Shown here: positions 12,644 through 27,080 of the stretch, piece by piece
Numbering within the stretch: position 1 is the stretch's first letter
How the letters are laid out: each line of letters begins with the position of its first letter
Assembly: GCF_006345805.1 (NCBI RefSeq)
Contig: NC_043002.1
Coordinates: 60,388,001-60,452,000, forward strand
Length of the DNA: 64,000 nucleotides
From: Octopus sinensis
Taxonomy: Eukaryota
Direction: 5' to 3'
Program-made: the position numbers and the translations under genes
The notes under the pieces: model-generated
Database searches by the model: none
What the model saw: the letters and a program-made list of their open reading frames with translations, nothing else
Told to the model about the DNA's origin: nothing

Positions 12644-13606
12644 GTGTTTATATATATATATATATGCATGTATGACATCTCTCTCCGCATCGATCACCCC
12701 TCCAACTCTCTCACCACCACCGCCTTCTTTAAACCTACGGATTACCACCTCTATCTCAACTTCTCTTCCTCCCACCCCTTCCACACCAAACGAGCCATCC
12801 CCTACTCCCAGTTCCTCCGCCTCCGACGTTTGTGCAGCCGCGACCAGGATTTCGAGACCCAATCTCAATACCTGGCCCGCATGTTCAGACTCCGAGGTTA
12901 CCCACCCATACTCCTCTCTGATGCCCTCACCCGCGCCCGTCGCATCGACCGCACTACCGCCCTGTCTCCTTCCCCCCGCCCACCCCCCAACCGCACCCCC
13001 TTCCCCCTCCTTTTCCCCCCCTCTACCCTACTCCTTCGTCGCAAGATACTACGTGCCTTCCGTCGCCTCCAGCTTGATCCCACCACCCGCCCCATTTTCC
13101 CTAAACCACCCCTGTCCTCTTTCAAACGAGCCCGCAATCTGCGTGACCTCCTGGTCCATGGCACCCCCTCTCCTTCCCCCTCATCCCCACTCGGATCATT
13201 CCCTTGCTCTAGATCCCGCTGCAACACTTGCCCCTTCATCACCAACACCACCGCTGTCACCGGCTCCAACCAGCATACTGTACGCATTAGGCACTCTTTT
13301 ACGTGCACCTCGTCTGGCCTTATTTACTGCATTAAATGCAACCTATGCGCGATGCTGTATGTAGGACAGACGGGACGCCGGTTGTCCGACCGTTTCACTG
13401 AACATTTGAGGGACGTTCGCCTACACTCCTTTTCTCCCGTCGCACGCCACTTCCGCTCGGCCGGCCATTCCCTAGATGACATCTCAGTGTTTGGTCTCGC
13501 CCCCCACAATGGTCGCCCACTTTCCAGGCTCCACTTGGAGCAACGCTACATCTTCACCCTACAAACTACCACCCCACACGGACTTAACACAGCCCCCTCC
13601 TCTTGA
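12644..13606 (+). CDS. Penelope-like retroelement (Neptune-type), 5'-truncated ORF: RT thumb, Cys-rich linker, GIY-YIG endonuclease
   Basis: Open 320-codon frame with FKPTDYHLYLNFSSSHP...IPYSQFLRLRRLCS, CSRSRCNTC, GLIYCIKCNLCAMLYVGQTGRRLSDRFTEH and EQRYIFTLQTTTPHGLN. The first few residues come from the (TA)n flank. Confidence 0.92.
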   Translation: MFIYIYICMYDISLRIDHPSNSLTTTAFFKPTDYHLYLNFSSSHPFHTKRAIPYSQFLRLRRLCSRDQDFETQSQYLARMFRLRGYPPILLSDALTRARRIDRTTALSPSPRPPPNRTPFPLLFPPSTLLLRRKILRAFRRLQLDPTTRPIFPKPPLSSFKRARNLRDLLVHGTPSPSPSSPLGSFPCSRSRCNTCPFITNTTAVTGSNQHTVRIRHSFTCTSSGLIYCIKCNLCAMLYVGQTGRRLSDRFTEHLRDVRLHSFSPVARHFRSAGHSLDDISVFGLAPHNGRPLSRLHLEQRYIFTLQTTTPHGLNTAPSS

Positions 13607-13852
13607 GATCCTTTTTTTTCCGGATACACCACCCACACACACCCACCCACCTACCTCCCGCACGCCTGTTCACACACACACATACGTAGACCCATCTACG
13701 TACATACATTCACACATTTAATCACACACACTTATAGACATACATGCACACACTAACATACAAACCAACATGCACATACACACACACATACATACATACA
13801 CACACACATACATACTTACACACACACACACACACACAGACATACATACACC

Positions 13853-13884
<32 letters not shown>

Positions 13885-16600
13885 TACACACACACACACG
13901 GACATACATCTATGCACACACATATATACACCCATACACATACACATACACACACATACATACATACCCATACATGCACACCCTTACACTGAATGCACAC
14001 ACACATACACCTTTTTGCATCCAGACAGCCCCCCCTCTTTTCTGCTTTCCGGTTTGGGCTGATGGATCCTCGGTTCCCGCGTAGCGGGGCGTTCGAGGGC
14101 CTTTGCGCTCGCGCGCCTTGGCGCGCGCTGGGGGCTTTGTCGGCCCCTTGGGCTTGCGTTGTATTGCTTGTGCGTTGTGTGCGTGAGCGCGCTTCGTGTG
14201 TGTGGGCTTGCTTCGGATGTGCGCGTGCGTATGTATGCATACATACCCACACACTCGCATGCATCCCTACCCACATACATACACGCGCACCTACTCACAC
14301 ACACATACCCGCACACACACACATACATACATACACACACACATACATACTTACACACACACACACACACAGACATACATACACCCATACACTCACACTC
14401 ACACGCATACACACACACACATACACACGCACACGTACACATACACACACACACACACACCTACATACATACATTACACTTGTACACACACACACTTACA
14501 TTCATACACACACACACCTACACAGCCATACCCTCACTCAGACACACACACCTACCTACACACACACAAAAACACACACAGACACACACCCATACATACA
14601 TACATCTACACACACACGCCTACACACATACATACACACATACATAAACACACACACATACACATACACACACATACGCACACACACATATACTTATACA
14701 CATGCACACACACACACATACATACATACATACACCCATACACATACACATACACATACCTACATACTCCTATACGCACATACATACACACATACACACT
14801 CACACAAACACACACACACACATACTTACACACACACTCACCTGCACGCGCACACACATGCACACCCATACACTCACACTCACATACGCACACACCAACA
14901 TAAACACGCACACGCACACACACACCTACACTCCCACACACATACACACGCACCTACATACACACACGCACGCATACACACGCACACACACGCATACACA
15001 CATACGTTACACACGTACACACACACCTACATACACATGCATACACACACACACACAAACATGCACGGACACACCCAGACATACATACATACACCCATAT
15101 ACACACGCCCACACACCTACATACACACACATATACACACGCCCACACACCTACATACACACACATACATACACACACATACACGGACACACCCATACAT
15201 ACTTACATACATACACCTATACACACACGCCTACACACCTACATACACACACATGCATACACACACACATGTACGCACATACACACACATATACGCACAT
15301 ACATATATACCCACACACATGCACAGACACACACATACGCACATGCATGCATGCACACGCGCACACCTAGACGCATACACACACACACACGCACGTACAC
15401 ATACATACACATACACATATATATACACCCATACACATACATACATCCTACACACACATACATACACACTCACACATACATACACACACACACACTCACT
15501 CACACACCTGTATGTACGCGCACACACATGCACATACACACACTTCCACACACCCACACGTACATACATACACACTCATACACATACACACACACACACG
15601 GACATACATCTATGCACACACATATATACACACATACTCACATACGTTCATCGGACACACTGACACCCAGACATACACACAGACACACTCACACATCCAC
15701 ACACATACATACTACACGCGCATACTCGCAGGCGCGCGCACGCGCTGCGCAGCGCGCACGCATACGCTGCATGCACCTCGCTCTTGGACCCGACGAGACC
15801 TCCCGCTCGTTCCTGGGACCAGTCGCTTGTCGTTGGTTTTCCCACGCCCGTCTCCGCGGGACCACTCTTCCATCTTCCCCTCAGCTGGGGTCCTTTTCCT
15901 TAACCCACCCCTTTTTTTGTTACAAACACACGCGCACACATATATACACACATTGCTAAGATATATACATTAGTCCTACACACATTCAATCTACTCGCCA
16001 TTAATACTACCAACGACACTGGACACACACACACTGACTACTCAACACACGCTGGCACGCTACATACGCCCCCACCGCTTCCCCTCCCTCCCGTTCTCCT
16101 CTCCCTTCCCCTCCCCCCTTCCTCCTTCTTCTTTTCTTACTACTGACCACTATCTGCTATGCCGACTACTGTCTCGCCCTACCCTCACACACGCCTACAC
16201 ACAGACGGACACACTAACACATACATATATTTTTTGTTTTTTTTATCTCGCCTCACACACCACATACACACACCACACGCACACACTCACACATACACAC
16301 ACACATCTGTTGCGTTACCAACCTTGTCTCCACTCTTTTGGCTTTAAAAACCTACTTGGCTCTGTTATCGTAAACTTCCGCCTTTCACCATGTGTAACTC
16401 GTAAACACCAGTCGTTTTTTTTCCCTATCTCCTGTTGCCCACTTTGGGATCTTTCTTTCCTCTCTCTTCCGTCTTTATGTTTCCGACGAAGAGCTCCGCT
16501 CGAAACGTCATACCTTCCTGCTTCCATTTCCTGAGCGCCTATTAATAATAATACTGTAATTGTTCCATTGTTGTTGTTTTTTTGTTTTCCCGTTTGGATT
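13607..16600 (+). mobile_element. 3' pseudo-LTR region of the Penelope element, inflated by (CA)/(CATA) low-complexity sequence
   Basis: C-rich strand bias continues from the ORF and ends in a pyrimidine tract, HHR-like motif and tail at 16440-16600. Continuity with the ORF is inferred. Confidence 0.6.
16476..16514 (+). ncRNA. Minimal type I hammerhead-like motif with variant core CCGACGA
   Basis: CCGACGA-A-GAGC(TCC)GCTC-GAAA-CGTC|A; palindromic ACGT stem III; stem I weak. Confidence 0.6.
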
Positions 16601-17013
16601 AAAAATATATATGTATATATATATATGTATGTATATATGTATGTATGTATGTATGTATGCCTGTATGTATGTATGCCTGTATGTATGGTTGCATGTACCA
16701 GATTCGCTCATTCACAAGGCATTGTTCCGCCTTCATAGCTCTGCCCTGAGGTCGGACTGAACATAATACCACGTGGCTGCAAAACGTCTAAACGACGAAT
16801 ACATAACGATATACGGGTGTGTAGGAAAACATATTCATCTAAGCTTCTGATATAACAGCAGATAAATATAATATACTACCCAAGAGAAACATATTTATTA
16901 TCTACTTTTAGTTTTCAAATATTATTTAAACACTTTTCTGTTGCTAACGTGCCAACATGACAGTATTTCGAAAATAATATATTCTACGCCTTCTTCTACC
17001 ATTGTTTTTATTA

Positions 17014-17080
<67 letters not shown>

Positions 17081-18331
17081 CATCATTTCGTGTTTATATC
17101 AAATCTTACCATTATATCTCAAATTATCCACAATACAAGGCATTTGCGTATGAGGGATTTGTGAGAAAAGGAAAATAATTGAAAAAAAAGACAAAAAAAA
17201 CAAAAGAGGGAAAATAACATGGCTGAAAATAGTCTTAGCCTATATTTGACTATGATTGCACAATATCTCTTATGAAATTTATGAAAAACAAATTATTATA
17301 CTTTGGCTATTTCCAAGAGGAAGTTGCGAAAATTTGGTATTGGTTAAGAGAGAAATTGACATCGCGCGAGATATATATCTCGCGTGATGTCAGCCCCGCA
17401 ATATATTTTTAAGCATTGAAATATACATACAAACACTCGCACACACACACACATACATACAAACAAACACACACACACAGTGAAACATGTATATATATAA
17501 TATATATATATTTTATAACGTAACATATTTCATAATTATATATAGTATGTGTATGTATGTATAGTTTATATATAAACGTATATGCATATATATATATATC
17601 ACATATATATTTATATATACACACACACACATATATATATTATATATATATTATAATCATTATATATATGTGTGTGTATAAATATATGAAATATATATAT
17701 ATGCATATACCTTTAAATATAATTATATATTTTAATATATTATATATATATATATATATACATATGCAGACACACACACACACGCATATATATATCTATA
17801 TATATATGTATATATATACATACATATACTTGTGTTTGTGTGTGAGTTTGTGTGTAAATTATTTTTCTCTTGACATATCATTTTCTTACGTATATGAGAT
17901 TTTTTAGCCACATTGAATCCTGTACTTAAACAACATCCAACCTACTGGCGCACTGCCTTTTACTATATTCACAAATAAAGTTATGGAGAAGAAATCTTCA
18001 AAATTATGGTTCCGGCTTTACCAATTTTTTTGTTTTTTCAAAAATATATATTTCTATTAAAACGGATGCCAAATCGATTTACGTTTCCAATATGTTATTA
18101 GGAACATATACATTTACACAGGCATTTTTAGCTGCACACGGGTTCACGCATATATTTTAAAATGCATATATACGAGTATGTAGAATGTGAGAGGTAGCTA
18201 ATACCATTTTTGAGATACTGGATAAGATGTATGGACGTTGGCTTGAGCTTCTAATGATATCAACAAATGTATTAAAAACATATCCCTGTTTGCAATCGCA
18301 CAGATTTCACACATATCAATGCATATATATG

Positions 18332-18373
<42 letters not shown>

Positions 18374-18397
18374 TGTGTGTGAGTGTGTGTGTATTTG

Positions 18398-18432
<35 letters not shown>

Positions 18433-19227
18433 GCGTGTCCTTGCTTCTGTCTCTGAATGCGTGTTTGTGAGGTCGCCTTGTATGGGTCTGAGTGTTTTTG
18501 TGTAGTTATATATACACTTTTCCTCTAGCTTTTAGTCCCCTTCATACTTTCGTTCACTTTTCTTTTTCTCGCTCCCTCCTCTCTCTCTCACATTTTTGGT
18601 CCTCTCTTTCTTTAACATTTCTTGGCCCTCTCTTCTTTTAACTCCCACTTTTTCTCCTCGTTTATCTCCCCTGTACCTTTCCCTTTCTCTCTTTGATTCT
18701 TTTCTAATCCTTCAATCCCGCTGCCGTCTACCCCATAACTGATCCCTCCAGGTAACCGGTTTCCGACCAGCCATGATCTTCCTTTCTTGGCCTGACTGCC
18801 GACTACCAACACCTCTTGGGTCTATCTCATATGTTCCTGCCTATAGGCTTTCACTTCATACACACCAGCTCAATTAGATTCGTTCTCAATCCAAAGAAAC
18901 CTGTTGTCATATTCTTGTTGTTTGTATTTGTAATTGTGTACCTTGTTTTCCGTTTTTTCTTTTGTTGTCGTACACATTCTTTAGCTTTCTTACAAAAATC
19001 TAATGCCCTTAGCTTAGACTTTTTTTTGGGGGGGGTCAACCAGATCGAACTGCCTGAACGGTAACTGCACGAAACAGTAAGGACATCTGGTAACTTGATT
19101 GAGGAAAGAAGGCTACGAATGACGCGTTCTCTTTTTTCCCTGTCTTTCTAATTGCTGTTTCTCCTGTCCGCCTTTGTATCGTCTAACTGTTCGAATATTT
19201 TATTGTCCTCTATTGCGTTGTTGTTAC

Positions 19228-19272
<45 letters not shown>

Positions 19273-19543
19273 GAAAGAAGATTAGAAAGCTGCGATAAAT
19301 GGGAATGAAATATGAAACGAAACGCAATGTGAGTATGTGAACAATGAAAACGTGAATACGAGGCCAGAAACGGTAATTATATCCAACGTTTCGGGTTGTG
19401 CACTTCTTTCAAAGCAAAAACAACATGTAATATACATATGTGTGTGTATGAGTGTGTGAGTGTATGTGTGTGGTTTTGTGCATGTATATGCGGATATTTA
19501 TATATATACTATACACACACACATACACACGCGCACGCACACA

Positions 19544-19581
<38 letters not shown>

Positions 19582-20343
19582 TTATATAACTAAAAATAAG
19601 GTTGTCTGAGAGACACCACCATGCCGAAATAACAGTCAAAACCCTGACTTTAAAATCTACGTTAAATGTTCATATCGTGCCATGAGATAAGACAGACGGA
19701 CAAAATAGACTAGCAAAAAATATTATTGAATAATTCAAGATTCAGGATTTCTGGTTTTGCTTTAAATACGCTTTACCGTACATAAATGCAGATATATATA
19801 TGCAGATATATATATAATATATTAATATATATATATTATATATATATATATATGTATGAATATCAAATCGCATGTATCATTCTCTATATCTACCGATCTA
19901 TATATAATACATTTTACAAATTCATGTGTATCTATACACGCACACACTCATATATGAGTGTGTGTATGTGTGTACATAGGTGCACGTATGTGTGTGTATG
20001 TGGCGGGGTCAGCTTGTATGCGTTTGTGTATGTAACACTGAACTAAGTCAAAGTTTTTACTAGAGTACAGGGATGTAAGTTCGAATCTCATGGCTGGCGA
20101 GTAACGTATTTTTCTGTAATGTATGGATAATTTATCCTCATCACGCAAGTTTATTACCATTATCCCGCGTTTGAGAATAAAAAAAAAATTTTCTGTGTCT
20201 TTCAATGCATCTAACGCTTCTAAACAAACTTAGTTTACTTTCATCGTAAGTTGAACATATATTGTATGTATATATATATATATATATACTATATATATAC
20301 ATATATATATATATATATTATATATATATATATATATATATCT

Positions 20344-20382
<39 letters not shown>

Positions 20383-20433
20383 ATTTGCGTTTGTGTGTAT
20401 GTGTGTGCGTGCGTCTGTATATATATAATATAT

Positions 20434-20508
<75 letters not shown>

Positions 20509-21298
20509 ATTTTCTATACTTTTATTTTTCAAAATTAAGATTAAATTTTTTTCTTTTTATTTAAATAGACGCCTCCTCATTTTCTACTCTATTCTTCTAT
20601 CTATCTGGTAGATTTTCAAGGACTATCTTCTGAAATTCATTTGTCCGTGACGAAAAATACTCCTCCATCACACTTCTGACCTCGTCTACAGGATTCATAT
20701 TTTCCCATTGAAATAACTATGAAGAATGCGAAATAGATGATAATCAGATGGGGCAATGTCCGGCAAATATGGTGGTTGGGGCATCGTTTCGCATTCAAAT
20801 AATCTCCAGTCTTTGGAACGTCATCATCGCTGTATGTGGCTGAGCATTATCCTGTTGGAGGGACACTTATAGTCTTGAGACCATAGATGGTCGTTCTTCT
20901 TCTAGTGCTGATTTAAGCCGCTCAAGGTCTTTGCAATTGATCTCCTTTATTATCATTTGGTACAAAGTGGACTAAACCTTTTATATCCCACCAAACAGTT
21001 AACAACACCTTACGTGGTTGAAGACCCTACTTTACCCTGGGTCTTGCCGCTGTTTCTCCTTTCCCTACCCATTCTCTTCGGCGCTTAACATTTTAATAGA
21101 GAACCCATTTCTAATCACCAGTCAATATACTGTCAAAAGAAGTTTCCTTCGTGAGACGTGACAGCAAAGAAGAGCACACATTCATTCTCTGCGTACTATT
21201 AGACACGGAAATTTTATGAGGGTCCCATTAGTTTAATTTGCTGACATTTCCAGTGGCACACATGTGTCAATCAATGGTTGAATGACCAAAGCTAAACT

Positions 21299-21455
21299 TA
21301 CATTATTTACATTATTTACATTTGAAGGATATTTTCCCTCACCTTGTTTGTTGTTAACACAACGTTTCGGCTGATATACCCCCCCCCGCCTTCATCAGGT
21401 ATCTTGGGGAAATTTCGAACCTACGTTCTCATTCCTCCAGTATTTTTCAATGTTA

Positions 21456-21547
<92 letters not shown>

Positions 21548-21785
21548 ATTATTATTATCATTATTATTATGATTATCATCATCATCATTATTATCATTAT
21601 TATTATTATTATTATTATCATTATTATTATCATTATTATCATCATCATCATCATCATTATTATTATTATTATTATCATTAGTATTATTATTATCATTATT
21701 ATTATTATTCATGTCACTACACGGAATCGAACTCGGAATCTTGAGGTTAGTAGCCCGCGCTCTTAACCACTACGCCATATGCCCG
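21299..21785 (-). mobile_element. SINE family D copy b, full length, with expanded (AAT/AAC/GAT)n spacer
   Basis: Head cgggcatatggcgtagtggttaagagc..gagttcgattcc at 21710-21785, body and HHR at 21356-21445, tail (TAAATAATG)2. Confidence 0.9.
21356..21403 (-). ncRNA. Minimal type I hammerhead ribozyme (SINE D copy b)
   Basis: GATAC-CTGATGA-A-GGCG...TCAGCC-GAAA-CGTT|GTGTT; core intact, stem II partly eroded by a G run. Confidence 0.75.
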
Positions 21786-21880
21786 AAAAATACCTGAGGA
21801 ATGAGAACCCAGGTTTGAAATTTCTCCAAGATACCTGATGAAGGCTGAAGGGTATATCAGCCGAAACGTGTTACAACTGT
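21786..21880 (+). mobile_element. SINE family D copy c, headless, inverted relative to copy b
   Basis: CTGATGA (21835-21841), GGCTGA/TCAGCC stem, GAAA, but followed by CGTG: the cleavage triplet is lost through a small deletion. Confidence 0.85.
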
Positions 21881-22329
21881 AAAATCTATATTTCTCTGCT
21901 AGTTCTTCAACATTTACAATGATATTTTGTTCCACGAAGGTTTGCACGATCCTCGTCCAGCTCTACAGACCTTCCATGACGGGGCTTGTCTTCTAGGCTG
22001 TAGTTTCCGTCTCGGAATTTCTGGAACCATCTCGTTGACGTTGGCTTACTCTTATTGTTCGATCCCCGTTTATTGCATTAATATTCCTCGTACTTTCAGT
22101 TGTACTGTTGCCTTTATTGAACTCATATGTCCCTTGTGCTCCATTATTAAAATCGAACTGCACTCTTCAATCATTGCACTAAGAATAAGTAGAATGTAAA
22201 ATCACTACCTGCTTCTATTGCAAGTTGATGTAGGTAATTTATCCTGTACCACTCTAACTTTTAGTTTACGTAATTGAAAAAAAAACACATTGTTTATGGG
22301 ATGACCCAACAGATATAGATACAAATAAC

Positions 22330-22393
22330 TAGCTAGCTAGCTAGATAAATAGATAGCTGGATAGACAGATAGACAGACAGATAGATAGACAGC

Positions 22394-22473
<80 letters not shown>

Positions 22474-22538
22474 CCGATAGTTAGATAGATAGACGGACAT
22501 GCAGACAGCCAGATGGATAGATAGATAGATAGATAGAT

Positions 22539-22600
<62 letters not shown>

Positions 22601-22771
22601 GAGATAGACAGACAGATGGACAGACATACAGATTATATAGATAGACAGACAGGTAGACTGACAGACAAACAAATAAATAGATAGATTGATAGACATACAG
22701 GTAGATAGACAGACAGACAGTCAGACAGACAGATTAGATAGATAGGCGGACAGGCAGATAGACAGACAAAC

Positions 22772-22842
<71 letters not shown>

Positions 22843-23005
22843 GAGAGAGATAGATAGATTGATATATAAAGAGACAGACAGCCAGACAGATAGATAGACA
22901 GACAGATGGACAGACAGACATATTAGATAGACAGGCAGACAGACAGAAGACAGACAGACAGACAGACAGACAGACAGGCAGACAGACAGACAGATAGATC
23001 GATAC
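22330..23005. repeat. (GATA)/(GACA) compound microsatellite
   Basis: Seen directly. Confidence 0.95.
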
Positions 23006-24825
23006 ACACTAACATTCATAAGCACATACATACCTACATAGTTACACGATCCATCCATACATGCATTCATACATGCATGGTGCATACAAATGCACATGTA
23101 TACTTCATAGAGGCCAGATGTCCTGCTCATATGAATATCTCATTGACCACTCAAAGAGAAAGAGAATGAATAGAGCCAAACCTCGCTCTGGCTTTTTATA
23201 TCCATATTATAAATTCACATTTCTATTAATCGGGGAACTTGGACTGGTGAAGAATCATGGTAAGAGACGTGATACGGTTTCAGATTAAGAAACTCAAGAA
23301 CTAAGACTCTTCTCAAGTTTAAAATGTGACGTTGAAAATGAGAAGCGCGCGTGCTTTCATATACAGGTATGTTTGTGAAGACACACATATAACTACACAC
23401 ACATGCACGTCCACAAACACACACACATACACTCACAAACTAACAGACAAACATACAAATACATATGTCCTTGATATTATGTTCCATTAGCAAAGTTAGA
23501 TAATCCGTTCCCAGTCCTGCTAGTGTTGCGTGTAAGCACATACACTATGATACATTGACGTAGAGTTAGTCATTTCCAAGCCTGAAAACCACTTAAAATG
23601 TGTAAGTGATCGACAAAATAAAGAGCACAACCTCATCAATTCTATATGAGGAGCAGCATTCATTTTTTTTTAAAGAAACATCAACAAAATTTGTGGCAAC
23701 ATTATATCTCAAAGTTCTTCGTATTCATGAGATTTTAGAAATTAAATATTTAAATTTATTATATTAAGCATTAATTTTCAGATTTATTCTCTGTAATATA
23801 GCTGACGCTTCCTAATCCAATTAACTTTTATTTCTATTCTTTAGCATTTTCCCCTTTAGCATATTTCTCCATGTACGAGCAAATATCTATCAATCTATCG
23901 AATTGCCTCCAAGTCTCGTATTAAATATGTGAGGTTCTATACGCGCAACGTAAGATACGAACATAAAGGAAATGGCTGTATTATCATATTAATTATGTTT
24001 GGTTTTCATAAGCCATTTCTATCGACGCTCGCTGTATTAAGCAACGCTTTTACTTCCTAAAATTCCACAAACGTGTCTTCCATTTACTCATCACAATCGT
24101 TCGATGCTCGAGAATAAAGCTTTGATCTTTTCTTTTTTTTAAGCTATTGTTAATCCCGCCATTTTGAGAGCGTTCCTTAAATCTATCCAACTCATATAAT
24201 AACAACCCTACCGACGTGAACAATATAAGCCAATATCATTTTCTATTATTTCTTTCTATGTATACTGTCCTTGATTTTATTTATTTTCGTTTTTGTATAT
24301 TTCTACTTATTTATATTTTTGTCGGTACGTATTCCATCTTGAGATTTTCGAATAGCACCACATTTATTGCAAGGAATTAAAGTTAATTACGAAGCCGTTG
24401 TTATTTGTAGCAATTTAAATATGAAAAGAGGGCTCCTTTTTTTTATCTTTTCTTTCGAAGTGAAAGGTCGTTGCCAACAATGCTTTATAATATTATCAGC
24501 ATTGTTGCGTTGGTGCTGCTGCTTGTTGCTTTCAATCTAACCACCTCTTCAGCTACTCGTATTATTTTGATAAGGAACTTTTATTGAAGTTTCTGAAAGG
24601 CAATAAAACAAGGTAAGGGGAGCTAACCAATTTTATGATAGTTTCTGTCCGTAGAAAAGAGCAAAACCAATTATATTAGCTAATCTCAAACGTAGCATCT
24701 TTGTAATGCGTATCCTGAAGCTTCGCCAAAGAAATTACCAAAAACGCATCACATCCTTCGAAATGGATCATAAAACCGTTAGAAATCTCTTTTATATTTG
24801 CTATAGATTGTAATTTTTGCTTTCG

Positions 24826-24863
<38 letters not shown>

Positions 24864-25031
24864 CCTTTCCCGTTCTCTGTTTCCCTCTCCCTCTCAGTGT
24901 CTACCCTACTTATCTTCTCTTCTCTTTCCCTATACTCACACACATATATTGGCATGTATATATATATAGTATATTATGTGTGTGTGTGTGGTGTGTGGTA
25001 TGATTTTTGTATAAATATGTATTTATGCACT

Positions 25032-25108
<77 letters not shown>

Positions 25109-25340
25109 GCATATACATACACACACGCACACACATACGGAATATACACATATAAAGGGATGTAAGTAGATAGGTAGGCATCAATATTACGTTTATGTCT
25201 GTATATCACCATGCATGTACGTACGCCTATACCATGGTACGGTCGTTTTTTTGTCTGTGTATATGTATATCCATGGATGTGTGTTGTATATGCATGCAGG
25301 TTGTATGTATTGTATATTATTATATATTATATATGCATAA

Positions 25341-25377
<37 letters not shown>

Positions 25378-26229
25378 ATATATATATATACAATATATAT
25401 ATATATATACTATATATAACTGTGTGGAGGTACATCTATACAATCATGAAAACATACACACGTGCACAGGTATAAACACACATATCCACACATGTATGAT
25501 AATATAATTTTGGTTTATGTTTGGAAGACTGAGGACTTGATTGCTTATGTAGATTTGTTCGCTTGTTCCATCTCCTTCATATTTTGCTATTTTTCTATTT
25601 GTAATCTATAATTACACTTACCCACCCACGCATACATTCATACATACATACATATATACATTACATACATACATACATACATCATACATACCTACTACAT
25701 ACATACATACATCATTATCATCTCCCTCTCTCTCTCTCTTTCTATATATATATAGGATATATATATAATATAATATAATCTATATATATATATCTATATA
25801 TATAATAACACACACATATGCTTTTGTCTTCTGCGTTTCTCAGGCGCGTGTCGTGTGTCTTCATAAAACGCCATGTCTATCCTTTGCTATCATTGAGATA
25901 AACCCTTCACAGCGGACATGAAATTTTGAGCAACAGATATAAAAAAATATCGGTGATTCTAGCACGATGCTCAAAACGACGGCATTACCTTCTGTGATAT
26001 CTAGCAACGCGAAAGTTATCTGCACCACTAAATCAGCACCATAACCATCATCAGCACCACCACTATCATCACTAAATCAATACTACCAAAAACCGCTCTG
26101 GCAGTTAGCCCTAACACCACCAACTGTATTGCAATCATCTGCCCAAGTTAAAATAGGGAGACAATCTATGGCGAGGATGACCACCACAATAAATTCACAA
26201 TAAACAATAAGAAGTCATAATTAGTGCCA

Positions 26230-27080
26230 TTAATTTTTATCGGCGTTATCCCAAACATTCCCATCTACGTCCATCTCCTCCTTGTTCGTTTTCCTCATCG
26301 TCGGAATCATCATCATCACCACCGATATCGTCGTCATCCTCCTCCTCCTCCTCCTCCTCCTCATCATCATCATCATCTTCACCATCATCATCATGTTCAC
26401 CTTCATCATCAGCATCACGGTCATCATCATCATCATCCCCATATTCCTCCACTTCATCATCATCGTTATCACTATCATCATCATCACAATCCTGTCCTCC
26501 TCCTCATCAGCATCGTCATTACCATCATCACCATCCCCATTCTCCTTCTCTTTCTTCTCATCATCATCACCAATCATCATCATCGTCATTAACAACATCC
26601 ACCTCGTTCTCCTCATTCTCCGCCTCTTCCCCCTCCTCCCTCTCCTCCTCATCATCATCGTCTTTACCATTATCATATTCATCATGAACATTTCATGGCT
26701 GCCAAAATTATCGTCGTCATCACAATCACCATTACCATTTAAACATTTCCACCATCACTGAAATCCTTATACACTCCATCCTCCTCCACATCATCATCAG
26801 CGACAGCAATATTACAATTTTCATAACCACCAACGTATTCACCATCATCAGCACCGTCATTATCATCATCATTATCATCATCATGATTATTATGATCGTC
26901 AACCACCATCACTACCACCACCACTACCACCACTACCATCACCACCACCACCACAACAACAACAACAACTACAACAACAACAATGGCATTGACATTATCA
27001 TCGAATTCAACAGCACCATCCTGAACGTCACCGTCATCGTTGTTGTCAGCAGCGGTGATTGCAGCAGTAACATCAACAAC
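26230..27080. repeat. (CAT)/(CCT)/(CAC)/(CAA) trinucleotide mosaic
   Basis: Seen directly; source of the spurious poly-H/M/D/I ORFs. Confidence 0.9.

Larger units (their letters stand above)
20630..22311 (-). mobile_element. Mariner remnant interrupted by two family D SINEs
   Basis: Minus strand gives RWFQKFRDGNYSLEDKPRHGRS, EELAEK, then after the insertion SFGHSTI, KVLLTVWWDIKG and DIAPSDYHLF-like segments; TIR-like tgttgggtcatcccataaac at ~22292-22311. Confidence 0.75.

Noticed and set aside
13993-15663. 556-aa His/Thr-rich ORF and overlapping ORFs
   Set aside because: Translation of (CA)/(CATA) repeats that lack stop codons; no domain.
26224-26761. Poly-His/Met/Asp ORFs
   Set aside because: (CAT)n mosaic; open on several frames and both strands.
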